Assembly (NCBI GenBank): GCA_036172245.1
Contig: JAYWIR010000016.1
Location: forward strand, 744,001 to 808,000
Source: Raillietiella orientalis
Lineage: Eukaryota
Length of the DNA: 64,000 bases
Reading direction: 5' to 3'
Shown: in pieces, positions 1 to 11,300 of the stretch
Layout of the letters: each line of letters begins with the position of its first letter
Position numbering within the stretch: position 1 is the first letter of the stretch
Position numbers and translations under genes: made by a program
Notes under the pieces: generated by a model
The model's database searches: none
The model's input: the letters and a program-made list of their open reading frames with translations, nothing else
What the model was told of the DNA's origin: nothing

Positions 1-40
1 ACATTCCTTATCGAACGTGCCAACCAATGAAGATATTTAC

Positions 41-595
41 CTCCTGATCTTTCTTTTCATCCTCAGAATCTTTTTCATTATCAGAATTCAAATCAGGTAA
101 AAAGTCCGTGTTTAAACAACTTAACCCAACATCCATCGCGAGTTTTTTCTTTTTTCTATAAATATGAGCATGATTAAACAAAAATTAAATACAAAATCAA
201 ATTTTTGAAATCATAAATGACTAACTTTGGGGTGTGCTGTTTTCCTATAAAGTTACTAAGGGGAACTCATAAATTGAAGAATGCCATACTCTCAAAAATA
301 TTATATGATACAAATGTGGTTTAATATGAATGATTATTTAATTGAAAACTAATTAGGATTCGCAATAAATGTTTTAGCTTTAAAACTATAAATATTCATC
401 ATTGCAGAAAATCCCATTACCTGAAGTCAACAATTCTTAATTTAATGATTTTTATTTTCAGAGGACAACAAAAAGGATGTAAGGAAAAAATGAGCTTCAT
501 GGTTACCTTTTTTTTCCTTTCATAAATTGCGCGGAAAATGAATTAACAATATTCTGCATGCTCTTGTCCAGACATAAGAATAATTGAAAAGGACT
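41..595 (-). CDS. Putative internal exons of an unidentified minus-strand gene continuing off the left edge
   Basis: Exon 41-155 has a canonical AG acceptor and GTAAAT donor and an open frame KKKKLAMDVGLSCLNTDFLPDLNSDNEKDSEDEKKDQE. A candidate upstream exon (~507-595, SPFQLFLCLDKSMQNIVNSFSAQFMKGKK) ends at a GTAACC donor in the matching phase 2. Protein not recognised. Confidence 0.3.
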
Positions 596-2774
596 CTTGC
601 ATAATTTTGCAATTTTTTAACAAAAATCTTGGAAATGATGACATCAGAAACCAACTCATTTTACATTTCACTTCGAGATTTAATATATGCATTCAACAAA
701 TACAAATTCAAAGGAAGGATAATAGTAATGCATGGTAAAAATTTCCTCAGGACTGTGTCATACATTTACCGATAAAAACTTCCTTCTGAAAATTTAGCAC
801 ATATTACATGTGTCACGAAACGAAATTAAACAAGAATTCTTATACGAAATGCTAATTTCAAAAACTGATTTTATCAGATACCCAAACAAAATACACACAG
901 AGACATCATTGGAGAGCATGTAAAGTACTGATAAATGAACTCAGCACAAGATTCAGAAAATTATACCTTAATTGGTTAATAAGTTACAAGAATATCAAAT
1001 TTTCTTGCTCACGGAAACAATTTCATATAAGTCAGTGATCTTGAAGGCATACTTTATTATTTCTTCATTTTCAATGAGGAAAACCGAAACTTACTTTACG
1101 GTAGGAATTACTTAATACGGTAAGAATATTATAATATTATTTCTTAAATATAAGAAGACCTTCTTACATCACAAAAATGAAAATGGCGTTTTTACCAATA
1201 CAGATGTATATTTGTATTTGTATGTGCATTTGTAGAGCCTATATATGAAAAGAAAGCACTGCTAATAGTAATCCTTACCGATTTAAATTTTGGTGGAATT
1301 TGGAATTAAAGTTATCATTTCTTCAAAATTAATGGCACAACAGTAACCTCAGATGACGTCCATGATCCATAGCTCCCATAATGAAGTTTGCATTTTGGTA
1401 AACATTTCCAATTTACCTCCTCCAGGCTAGGACAAGATTGCCACCTCAAACAGTTAGAAGTACAGAGAATAAAAGAACAAACTGTAGCGAGGATATGAAT
1501 TAAATAACTGTAAATGCATGAGTATATTAAAGGTACTATGCCATAAAATAATTCACCTGTGTGGGTGATGCTCCTCTTATGTTTACTTACAGACTGATTA
1601 TGTCATATTCATAGCATTGGAAATAAAACTTACATATGTATAACTTTACGTAAAAATCACAATAAGATGTACAAAATTAAGATATACTCATACATTCGCA
1701 ATAACCGAGATCTTATTTTTTAATGACTCACATGAAATTTTCGTTTCCCTCTCTGATTAGAGCACAGTAAAAGTTGAATTCAATGAAACATGACATGAAT
1801 CAGAGTGATTTTCTTTTTGAATTTGCATGCCATTTAGCGTTCCGCAGTTACACGAAAGATGAAATCCATAATTAATTTCAACTGACAGTTATTACTATCA
1901 GTCTGCGTATGTATTCGTTAATGATTAGTATAGTAAAATGATCACAATCTCTACGCAGATGCTTCGATTATTTGGTCCTCCGTTTTCGTATTGATAATCT
2001 TGCTAATTGCGAACGCATGCTTAACAAGCTACTAGCAATTACAAGGAATCAGAAACTAGACATATTTAAGAAATGTCGATACGTAAAAAGGTAAGCTATT
2101 CTAATTCCTCTTGTTTGTTCTTGGATGGCACCAGAAAGGTTTATATACCATGGCAATTTTGAATAAAATTTAAGTACTGAAAATCAGCCATATCCTAGTA
2201 TTTTAAGCAATAGGCGGTACACATGCAGAGGCTTTTCCGTTTTGCCTTTCTCATTTTATGCTTTTAACTACTTTTAACTTAAGAGAGTAGCATTTATTTC
2301 TTTGTCTTTGTCAGGAAGCAGTAATTCAAAACTTCACTGTTAACTCTTGAATTTTAAAGTAAAAATTCTAACCTTGATTGGAGGAATCAATAACATCACA
2401 ACAGATGCTCAGAATTATTATTCTGTATAATAATCCTTTTGAAGACATGAACGAAATAATCATTTGAATTAGAGAATCACTGCAATGAACCTTTTCAGTA
2501 TGTAAAGCTACAGCAGTTGTCAATTAGCTTTTTATTTAAAAAATCGCATTCATCCTTTCCTACTTATATCTGCGTTTTCATTTATTTACTTTTACTTAAT
2601 CGAAAAAGTGTACCATGTTCACAACAATTCTCCTCTCATTATACAATACACTACTCCTCTCTTTGTGCCATTTGTCGTCAAAAGCAAGTTATTTGAGCCT
2701 GTCAGTGCAAATAGTGACTTAATTTTGCATACAGTTATAAACAGGTGCCACGGTTTTCAAAACTACAATGTAAT

Positions 2775-4050
2775 CTAGGAATGGGAAGGGTGGTCTTTGA
2801 CAAACGTTATGTCGTGCTCTAAAGACGCGGTGTCAACACAGAAAGTCTGCTCAGTCTCCAAGGTGTCAGCACCCGCTTGCCTGTCTTCTCTATCCTGTCT
2901 CAGGAGAGAAAGGAAGAGCAGTGAATTCACGTCGTTGAGATGGCTTAATGAGAGCAAGCAAGATCGAAGAATGAATCAGCAGTCTTGGGAAAGTTTGATC
3001 TGGAGAGCGGCTGGCAAATATTTGGGAGGCGAGTTGCCTGCAAGCAAATGGCAGTCATCGTTAAAAGTAGTCAATCACACAAGCGGCCGACTATTGAAGA
3101 TTGCAGACCCCCAAGACGCGGCAAACTTGTTTATTTTTTTTTTATGCTCTGCTTGAAGGAACCGAGTGCTGGCTAGATTTTTCTCTTCTATAGTTTAGAG
3201 CTTGTCTGGTATGAGGGGAAGCAGTGTTGCAATGGCAGAAATGCCAATGAACACCGCTGGCAAGGGAAGGGGTGAAGTGGGAACCCCACCAACGCTTCGC
3301 ATGAAGACAGACGCAGCATCTTCCGAAGAATCGCCGCCTGGAAACGGGAGGGCTTGGAACCAAGCGGCGGCAACAGCGACGCCAATCGCCCAGGTAGAAA
3401 CATAGTCCAAGAACACCAGCCTGAATATGAAAAGGGGAGAGTTGGAAGGTGAGTGAGGGACAGTTTATCAAGGTCGCCTTCAAGGATTCAGAACTCGCTC
3501 AACCACTGCTAAATACGCCCATCAACATGGAGGGCAAAAAACCTGCCAGTGACGGTGGGCCTCTCGGTGATGGTCCACCTAACTGGAACTAGCTATGAAA
3601 ACTTCTTTTTCTGTCTAGCCTGAGAAAACTCTTCCGTCAGTTAACGCAATTTGCGACTCTGCATGCATTCATGTACAAGTCCAGCCCGCTCCCAGGATTT
3701 GAAGGGCTGTCTAGTGGCTTGGAGGAAGCGTGTGTGACCACACGGGATGGGAAACAACTCCCCTACAGACTGCAGGGAGACGCAGAATGCTCCGACCTGT
3801 GGTTTGTAAGGAAACCGAAAGTTCGGAGTCATTGTATAACGGCACTTCCTGAGGATGACACCGGTCTTTCTCTGCCGGTCGCCTTCCCAAGACCAACGCC
3901 GTTGGCACGTTCTTCCCTCTGCCCTCGGTCCTTCGGTGACTACGGAGAGCCCCGCCTGCTAAGGGGGACGCATCCTGTCAAGTGCTAACTCGAGTTGCCC
4001 TCTAAAGGGGTGAGATTTCTAAAGAAAGTGGGAGTGGAGCTGGCTCCGGG
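2775..4050 (-). mobile_element. Decayed 5' part of a Tx1/L1-type LINE (gag-like ORF1 plus start of APE endonuclease)
   Basis: Broken minus-strand frames give GAFCVSLQSVGEL and GLCFYLGDWRRCCRR...CCVC...CHC...H, resembling Tx1-ORF1/ZCCHC3-type 'FDVSF' and 'G..FY.GQP..C..C' knuckles. These are followed by LSHLNDVNSL...ADTLETEQTF, resembling the APE start 'SLNVNGL...D.I.LQET'. Multiple stops and frameshifts. Confidence 0.5.
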
Positions 4051-4249
4051 CCTCGTGTACCTGGAACGAGTCCTTTTTTTCCTGCCTCTTTTCCTTCAGA
4101 GCTGCCACTCAATGAGTAGTGAGGGCCACACGGGGGTCGATGGGGGGACTCATCCCCCGCCTTCAACCTCGGGGGTTCCTTCGCCGCCTGGAGAGTCGCT
4201 CAACCGTACCTTCCCCCCCCCCCTTCTTCTAAGAGCGAATCCCAGGGAG

Positions 4250-6010
4250 GCTGCTGGGACGACCCCTTCCCTCGTCCTTCCCGGTACTCTGAGAGAGGTC
4301 TCCCCTCCCTCTGGTGATCTTTCTCCAGGTTGTACTGAAAGGTGTCCTCAACGTGCGCCTGCGCACGGCCTGCCGCGAAGTCGGTAAGCAGAAAACCTCA
4401 TCCTCCAGGCTCGGCAAGGGGAGGGCACGGAGTAGGAGGCAGGCAGGCTCCTCGAACCACATACGTCACCCCGGTAACCCGCCGGACGAAGGAGAGTGCG
4501 CGTCGCCAGAGCGCGCGGTTCTGTCGGAAGGGGTGGGCGGGTGCGACCCAGGGCAGCAGCCCCTCCTCGAGGAATGGCCTTCGCTTCGGGAGGTCCGTAC
4601 CGACTCCCTTGGGCGAGAGGGCGGTTCCTGCAGCCGCTCTGCGCTGTGCCGACCGGGGAAAGTGCGCACGCGGATTCTCCTTGTCAGAGTGCAGGTGAAC
4701 TCGTCTAGACAACGTCTGTCGGAACTCTGCATTCCACTGAGCGTTCGCAAGAAGCGTCATCGTTCTTTGGACTTGCCCTCTTCCTCCTGGATCCTTTTCG
4801 CGAGCAGCCACTTGAAATAGCTCTCTGTTATAGCATTTTCCATCCGGCACGGGGAAGAGAGGGGGGGGAGATGGGAACGAGGCATCTGTTGAAACTGCCC
4901 CCCTCGCGAGTATTCCCAGGCTGCTCTGCTTGGCAAGCTCGGAAAGCCCCTGGCTCTCTGGTGTCGGTGCTGAGGAAGACCTCATCCGCCTTCTTCAGCA
5001 CCTCGGGTCTCCGCTAGGGGAACCACATTCGAGCTCGAACAAAACTGAGATCGTTGCCACCATTCCTCATGACCAGCGCACGTCCAGGGAACCCAGTGCA
5101 CATCACCACTGCGTTGCGCCTTGGCGCGCGCACCAATGTGGTTTAGGTCGTCTGCCTCCATGGTGGATGTCCGAAGTTATCGTCGTTCTTCAGAACCTGA
5201 GCTCCGATCCTGCCGCCAGTGCTCAGGCTCAAGGCGGTCCTCTTCTGCCGAGGTTCTCCTGGCAACTGGCTTTCTCCCTTCCTCTCACTCCTCCCAATAC
5301 AGTGGCCGAGCTTCCTCACGGACAGGGAACGTCGAGCATGGTCACCATCGCGCAGATACGCGTGTAAAGCGAACCCTTGCGTGCTGGAGAGAACCGCTGG
5401 AGTCCCTGCAGCGTTACGAGGCAATTCCTTGCCATCGAAGGGAGTGGTTTCCTGGGAGACGCCTGAGCAGTACGTCGCTGAGCATGAAATCTCCGCCGTG
5501 TGATGAAGAAAGGCAAAGAAACGCTGGAAACGGAAAGCTGCGGGAGCAACAGAAGTGATCGTTTCTTCCCAGGTCCCCCTGACACCCAAGAAGAGAAATT
5601 GGGAAAGCAGCTTCAATTCGGAAAACACCTGAAGATGGGGAATCTCTTACGCGACAACATTCAATCCGCCTTTTCGCTCTTCCCCTTTGTTGGATGGCGC
5701 TGCCAGTCGGTGAACGGGAAACCACTCCTGCCAAAGGGTGACCCTTCCATCCTCGCTGTCTTGCCCGCACGTGGTGGTGTCAGGGGCGGACATATCAGGA
5801 TACAACTCTCTCGGTACCCCGTAGGGAACCCCCCGGTCTTTGACCTGCAAGAACAGGAACAGCTGCTCGTCCAATATCTTCTGATTTTTGCGCCTCCTCC
5901 GACATAGGACTACGAGGGTCACGAGGATCGAAAGGGTTAGGACAGTCACGGTGACTCCCAGGATGCGAGGAAGGTGCGTCAGACAGTATGCAGCGTCTTT
6001 GACTGGAGTA
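4250..6010 (-). mobile_element. Decayed C-terminal half of an L1/Tx1-type ORF2
   Basis: Minus-strand frames contain KILDEQLFLFL and RLAAPSNKGEERKGGLNV*EIPHL, matching the post-RT 'L..PK..GGLG.P' motif. A degraded Cys/His-domain-like region (HPF...ALWRRALSFVRRVTG) lies downstream. GC-rich and frameshifted. Confidence 0.45.
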
Positions 6011-6016
6011 ATTCGG

Positions 6017-6965
6017 ATCTTGAAGCATTTCAGGTGGTGTCCATGCCCACCTGAAATGGTTGCGTCAGGGAGTTTATTCTCCCACCCCCTCCTCCAAAAA
6101 AAAAGAAAGATAAAGAGGCCACGATGGATCAGAAATTCCACTGGTCCATGAAAATAGTACGGGGAGGAGAAAAAGAAAATAAGGCTGACTGCACAGAAGG
6201 CCGTGGAGGATGTAGGGAAGGGAAGACAATCAATCGACAAATAAATAAAAGGGTATGAAGGGACAGGGGTCATCGGTGACGCGCGACGCGTCTGCTGAAA
6301 CCTGAGTGCTATGCAAGCGGCGTGTTCCGTGAATCGGACATCCTTGAAAGGCTATTTCGCTACATCCTATCACTGCGGAGTTTGAGACGTGCGGTGCACC
6401 TTCCCTGCTGACTCTCCTCCTCAGTGTTCCGGGACATCACTATCCTCCGGATGCGACTCAGGATCGAGGTAGCAGGCGAAAGCACGTCCCACGAGCAGCA
6501 GTTCCGCAGAAGCCCTTCCGGGATGTCCTCCGGTCGAGGTGGAGCAGTCGCGAGGTTTCCCCGCGAGCTTCCACGAGGGTCACCGCGTTCCAGCAGCAGG
6601 CGCACGAGACATCCCATTTCTCCGCCGCTGGCTCTCAGTCAGCAGGGACGCTTCTCGCTCACATCCAGCGATGTCGCCGCCGCTGATTGCACGGCCAGCT
6701 GATTGCACCTCTCCGTGCTGCCATCTGAGGGGGAGAACGGAGCTGTCTGAGGAGTTACGATCCACGACGACGGAATGTCGAGGTTTCTTCCCGACGGAGC
6801 AGCCCTTTGGAGCTCACTCTGGGTTTATCTGCGTCAGACAACGGACCCGAGTTCCACTCGCTCGCCAGTTTTGTCGCCCTTGCTACGAGGTCACCCAGCC
6901 TGCCAGTTGACAACCGTCATTTCTCTTCCGTAGAGAGGACAGTGTCGCAGTTAGAAAAGCCGCAG
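6017..6965. repeat. Left arm of a ~950-bp near-identical inverted repeat (partner 63051-64000)
   Basis: Its reverse complement matches 63051-64000 with roughly a dozen substitutions and one 1-nt homopolymer indel by manual comparison. The ORF track shows near-identical peptides in opposite orientation. Confidence 0.95.
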
Positions 6966-7660
6966 CCTCATCCACGTTCCCAGTGATTCTTGCCGTTAGA
7001 CATTCCTGTTCAGCGCCCTCCGGCAGGATGTGCACTCGTGTTCCTCCATCAGCAACGCATTCGGGAGAAATAGGAGACCGGGAATTCTCCCTCGCCGGCT
7101 GTCTCTTGAGAGGATGGATGCTAGCTCTTCTCAGTTTCCTGCATTCTTCAGGAGGATGCGAATGAGGAGACGCCAGTGAGTTTTCCATAGAGGACCATGC
7201 CGCCTGAACGATGTTGCCATCTGGCTTCAACGGAGGGTCAGTTCAAGACCATCGCGACCGGATGCAAACAGAGCTGCACGAAAATCTACCGCGTGAGAAA
7301 AATCGTCCCAGCAATTTTCTGTCCGCCAGGTGGAGAAGGGTGCCTGCCAGCCTGTGCCTCAGCTCCCAGAGGCCGCCGTAGTCCATCAGTATGCGCGGGA
7401 ACGATTCCACTGAGCCGTACCTGGAACAGTGCAGGGATACGAAACATCGACGCTTGTTCAACGGAGATCCCAGTGACCGAAGAACACATGCCACCTAAAG
7501 GAAGAGCACCACGCCTTCCACTTGAGGGGGAGCTCAAAGAGAGGACAAATGCTGAGCGAGCACGCGCGTAGCTGGTCAGGCCCCCGGGAAACGCCTTCTT
7601 ACGAATGAGAGGTCTCTTCCCCCCCTCCCTCCCCACTACTTTCTCATCCCAGTCCGACAA
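6017..7660 (-). mobile_element. Decayed 3' part of a Tx1/L1-type LINE with 3' UTR
   Basis: Fragments SVLPLRWQHG and LVRLLLERGDP...PEDIPEGLLRNCCSWDVLSPATSILSRIRRIV align with the intact C-terminal ORF at 16941-17534. They are followed by a pyrimidine-rich 3' UTR, AATAAA (6065-6070, minus strand) and a 12-bp hairpin (6026-6058). Confidence 0.6.
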
Positions 7661-8306
7661 GCCGAAAGCGATCGGCCATACTTTGCTTCTTAAAAAATAA
7701 CCATCTGGCCATTTGTCGAAGGTCGGACTCGCCCTGATAGTCAGATGTAATCAACAGATTTACGATCCTCGTCAGCAAAGCATCTTCAGTGCTGACTAAG
7801 GCGGTTAGAATTCCGCGTTTCTTGATGCAATCTCATCAAAAGAAGAAGGGGAAGAAGAAGAAGAAAGGAGAACAAAACTAAAAGAGTATTTTCCTAAGGG
7901 AACAGTTCCCTAAGCAGCACTCATTCCTCAGGTGCGTTCCCGAGCTCTCTGCAGCCGGGTAGGGAGAATCGGGTGGGTGCCCAAGATCCCTATAAAAAAG
8001 CGCGCCAAATGCCACTGCTCCCATAGGTTGTCCAGGCACGTCCACGGACGCGGGTTCGCCGCTCACGTGCCGTAGCTCTCCTTTCCCGGCCTCCGGACGG
8101 CGTCTCCGATCTACAAAGGGGTCAGCGACCGCATTAACAAGTCGGGAGACTAAGAGAAAAGGAAAGCGAGCACGACCCTCCAGCGAAGTGATGAGGGAAG
8201 TGTTTCCGAAGCTCTGCGACCCCTCCCGAACAGTGGTCCACCACCCTGACAGTGGGTCCGACCTTGTTCCTCGTGATATTACCAGGTTCCCCACCCGCAT
8301 CCCATT

Positions 8307-11300
8307 TTAATGCGCAGTGCGACCTTTCGGCTTCGAGCGCTTCAAGCAAAAGTTGAGCGTCCAGTACAAACTTCCAGCCACTGCAGCGACGAGGACCAGA
8401 GATCCCAGAAGCACATCCAGCAAGTAAAACTGGAACATGTTGAAATACCTCTGCCTGGATCGGAGGTGCTCGGCTCCCTTATAGCGCATGATGTACTCGA
8501 CCCAGAAAACGGCCGTGTCCATGGCGCTGTGGATCCTGTCCGAAAACAGGCCAAAGACCTTGTTGATCCTCTCTGGATACCTGTGAAGGGGTGAAAACTG
8601 GATGACTGGATCCATGCTTACTTGGGGTTGGTGGTGATTTCCATGATGGCTGCAGCCAAACCCCGAGAGGTCAGTTGTCTGATATTCAGTTTCACCCCCA
8701 GCCCCCGTTCCACGACGATGTTGGCATTGTGTTCTTGATCACCGAACAGCGGCATAACCACCATAGGCACCTTTCTGTGTAGGGATTCTTCCATGCTCAG
8801 GCACCCTCCGTGGGTCACAAAGGCGCGGATGTTTGGGTGAGCTGCAAACCCTCATTATTCTCAGTCAGGTTGCGCCCCCGTCCGACCAAGGATATCCTGC
8901 TGGGGAGCCCACGTGAGGACGAACACGTTCTTCGGCACAGACTCGATCTTCTCTTGCCACTTCATGATGACCAGGTAGGGAACCATCGAGAAGGCTTCCA
9001 GGAGGACTTCCCGGAGTGCTATGTTAGAACGATTGTTCGTGTACACGGAGCCGAAGCTAAAGTACACAAAACCATCGGACGCATTCTTCTGGATGAAATT
9101 TTCCAACTCCTGGAATAGTGACGAATATCTCACGCGGTGCAGAGGCCGGTCGTAGAAAGAAAGGGGACGCAGTTTGGTGGGAATTTGTGTTTTTTTTGTG
9201 TGTGTGTGTTTGTTTGCCAAGTACTAAAGAGCCGTTCGCTTCCTTGAGGGGGCTCACGAAGCTCTCCTGCACCGTCCACGCCACCCGAGGGTATATGGAC
9301 GGCACACTTCAAATTAGGGGTGGGGATTGACCCTGGGAAGAGGACCACCCTATGAATCCAGGAAGGCTTCGGAGGAAGGAGTCCGTTCCTCTTACGCTTG
9401 CGAGGGAACCCCGAAGAAAACCACTTCCTTATTCTCTCTGGAGGGGGTCGCTCTTCATTTATTCTCCGGAGGGATACCACGGAAAAGACCCTCTCCTTGT
9501 TTTTAAACTCTGAAGAGAACGCCAGAGGGACGCTTCCAAATCTCTCTGGAGGCCGCTCTCTGAAGGGAGCAGCGCGCTTCTTACACTCTGGAGAGGCAAC
9601 CTCACGAAGGGGTGTCAACCAACTCCATGGTATGCGATGGAAAGCAGTCCCGCTTTCACAACCGGAAGGGAGTCCCGGAGGGAACGGGCTCCTTGATGTC
9701 CTGGAAGGACCCGGAACGAGTCGACTCCCAATCCCGCCCAGCCAAGGGGGCATCTGGTTTCACCCGAAGCCAATAGGCCAACCAGCGTCCCCGTGAGGGG
9801 GGAGGGGGGATTCGAAACCCACGACGTGGGTTGGTCCTACACGTGGAGGTTCGAACCCGCAATTCTTGGCGCACACGTGCGGATACCGCAGCCACACGGC
9901 CGCCAACGCGGGCAACGGGGAGTGTCCTCGCAGCTGGTAGGGAAGAACGGGACGCATGGGACGCTCCCGAAGCGAGAGCACGTCCAGTCTGCAGTTGTGG
10001 CAGGCAGAGCGGGTGATCCGGAAAGCGTGTCGGGGACATCTGGAAATTTGCGAGTCCAAACGGGAAGGTGCCGATGACAGAGCGGAGACGGCGCCGATTC
10101 CATCTGGGAGGGGAGCCTCTGTGAGGAGCCATCGAGAGCCGGCAGGAAAAAACTCGAGCAGAGACGCTCGCTTCGGCCGCCGCGCGCTTTCCGCATTCCG
10201 GAGCGTCCTCACCGAGCTGACCAGGGTGGTCCTTGAAGATTTCGGCATTCGAGATTTGGGAACCGAACGCCCTACCCGGGTTCCTCGAAGTGGTTCCCAG
10301 TGGATAGGTAGATCAAGGTTAGCAACCAGCATCACTTCCGCCTGTGCACGTTACTCCAAGATCTTCCCACATCTTGCTTTGCGGCTGGTTCCGTGATCGT
10401 CGCACCTGCGGGAAACTGCGAAACGTGTTCCAGCCGTCCCCTCAACCGCCCTACCATTCCCGACTCTACGGGAACCTTCCGGCAACCGATTTCGCGAGGC
10501 AGAGCAGGTCTTCCGACCGCAACGAGCAAGGAACACGTTGACCCTCGCTGCCCTCTTCGCCCCCTCCCCCGGCGCGCGCGCCACCGCCCGTGCTTCGAGC
10601 AGAGCAAGATGCTCGAAGGTCTCGCAGGGAAGGCGGCGGCCGATCTCCCACCACTCGGTCGAGTTGCCCACCAGGCGGTTGGCTGCAAGCTCCTCCTACG
10701 CTGCTGCTTCCGTTTCTCTTCTCAGACACCGAACCTTCAAGATCACCCCTCAGGTGAAACTCCAAGAGGGACCGCGCAGCGTCAGGATGTTGTTGCCCAA
10801 TTCGGGCAAGCGTCGGTCGGAGAGAACGACAAAGGCACGGAAAGGCACGTCTGCCTCCCGCGGGAGAAGGAATCCTGCATGCCGGTCCGCGAAGGAAACA
10901 TCGAGAGCTGAGTGGTTCTCGTTCGGAAGAAGAAGCAAGCGGCGTCTCCATCGATGCGAGCGGGTGGCTCATGTGACCATCAGAGAGGCGGCCGCAACCG
11001 GACTGGCGGTCAGATTCCTGAATTTTCCGAGGGGGACGCTTTCCAGGGCACATCAGGCGCGTGAGCAAGCGGCTTCTTGACCTCCACACTTCACAGTGCC
11101 GTTTCCAAGCAATGCTTCTCACGACCATTGCAGCTGGAGATCTGCGCGCGTCGATCGCAGCGTTTTATATTACACAGAGCAGAAGATTTGGACTTGCTTC
11201 GGGGTGAGGACGGGGAACGAAGGGTATCCCCACGTTGCCGCAGGCAGAGAAGAGGTCTTACCGAGAAACTTCTCCTTGGATCTCCTCGGCCCCGTTACTA

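Noticed and set aside
5647..6273. 208-aa minus-strand ORF with hydrophobic TM-like segments
   Set aside because: It spans a LINE 3' UTR fused to decayed ORF2 sequence, and the second copy at 63743 is frameshifted in the homopolymer, so it is unlikely to be a real gene.
7720..7785. Minus-strand CTGACGA followed by a GGA...TCC stem (hammerhead-like); similar cores at ~47235 and ~51262
   Set aside because: No GAAA/cleavage-triplet arrangement at any of these sites; a 7-mer core is expected by chance.
7990..8000. TATA-like CCTATAAAAAAG on the + strand downstream of the UGT stop
   Set aside because: No associated + strand gene or other promoter evidence; it lies in the probable UGT 3' region.
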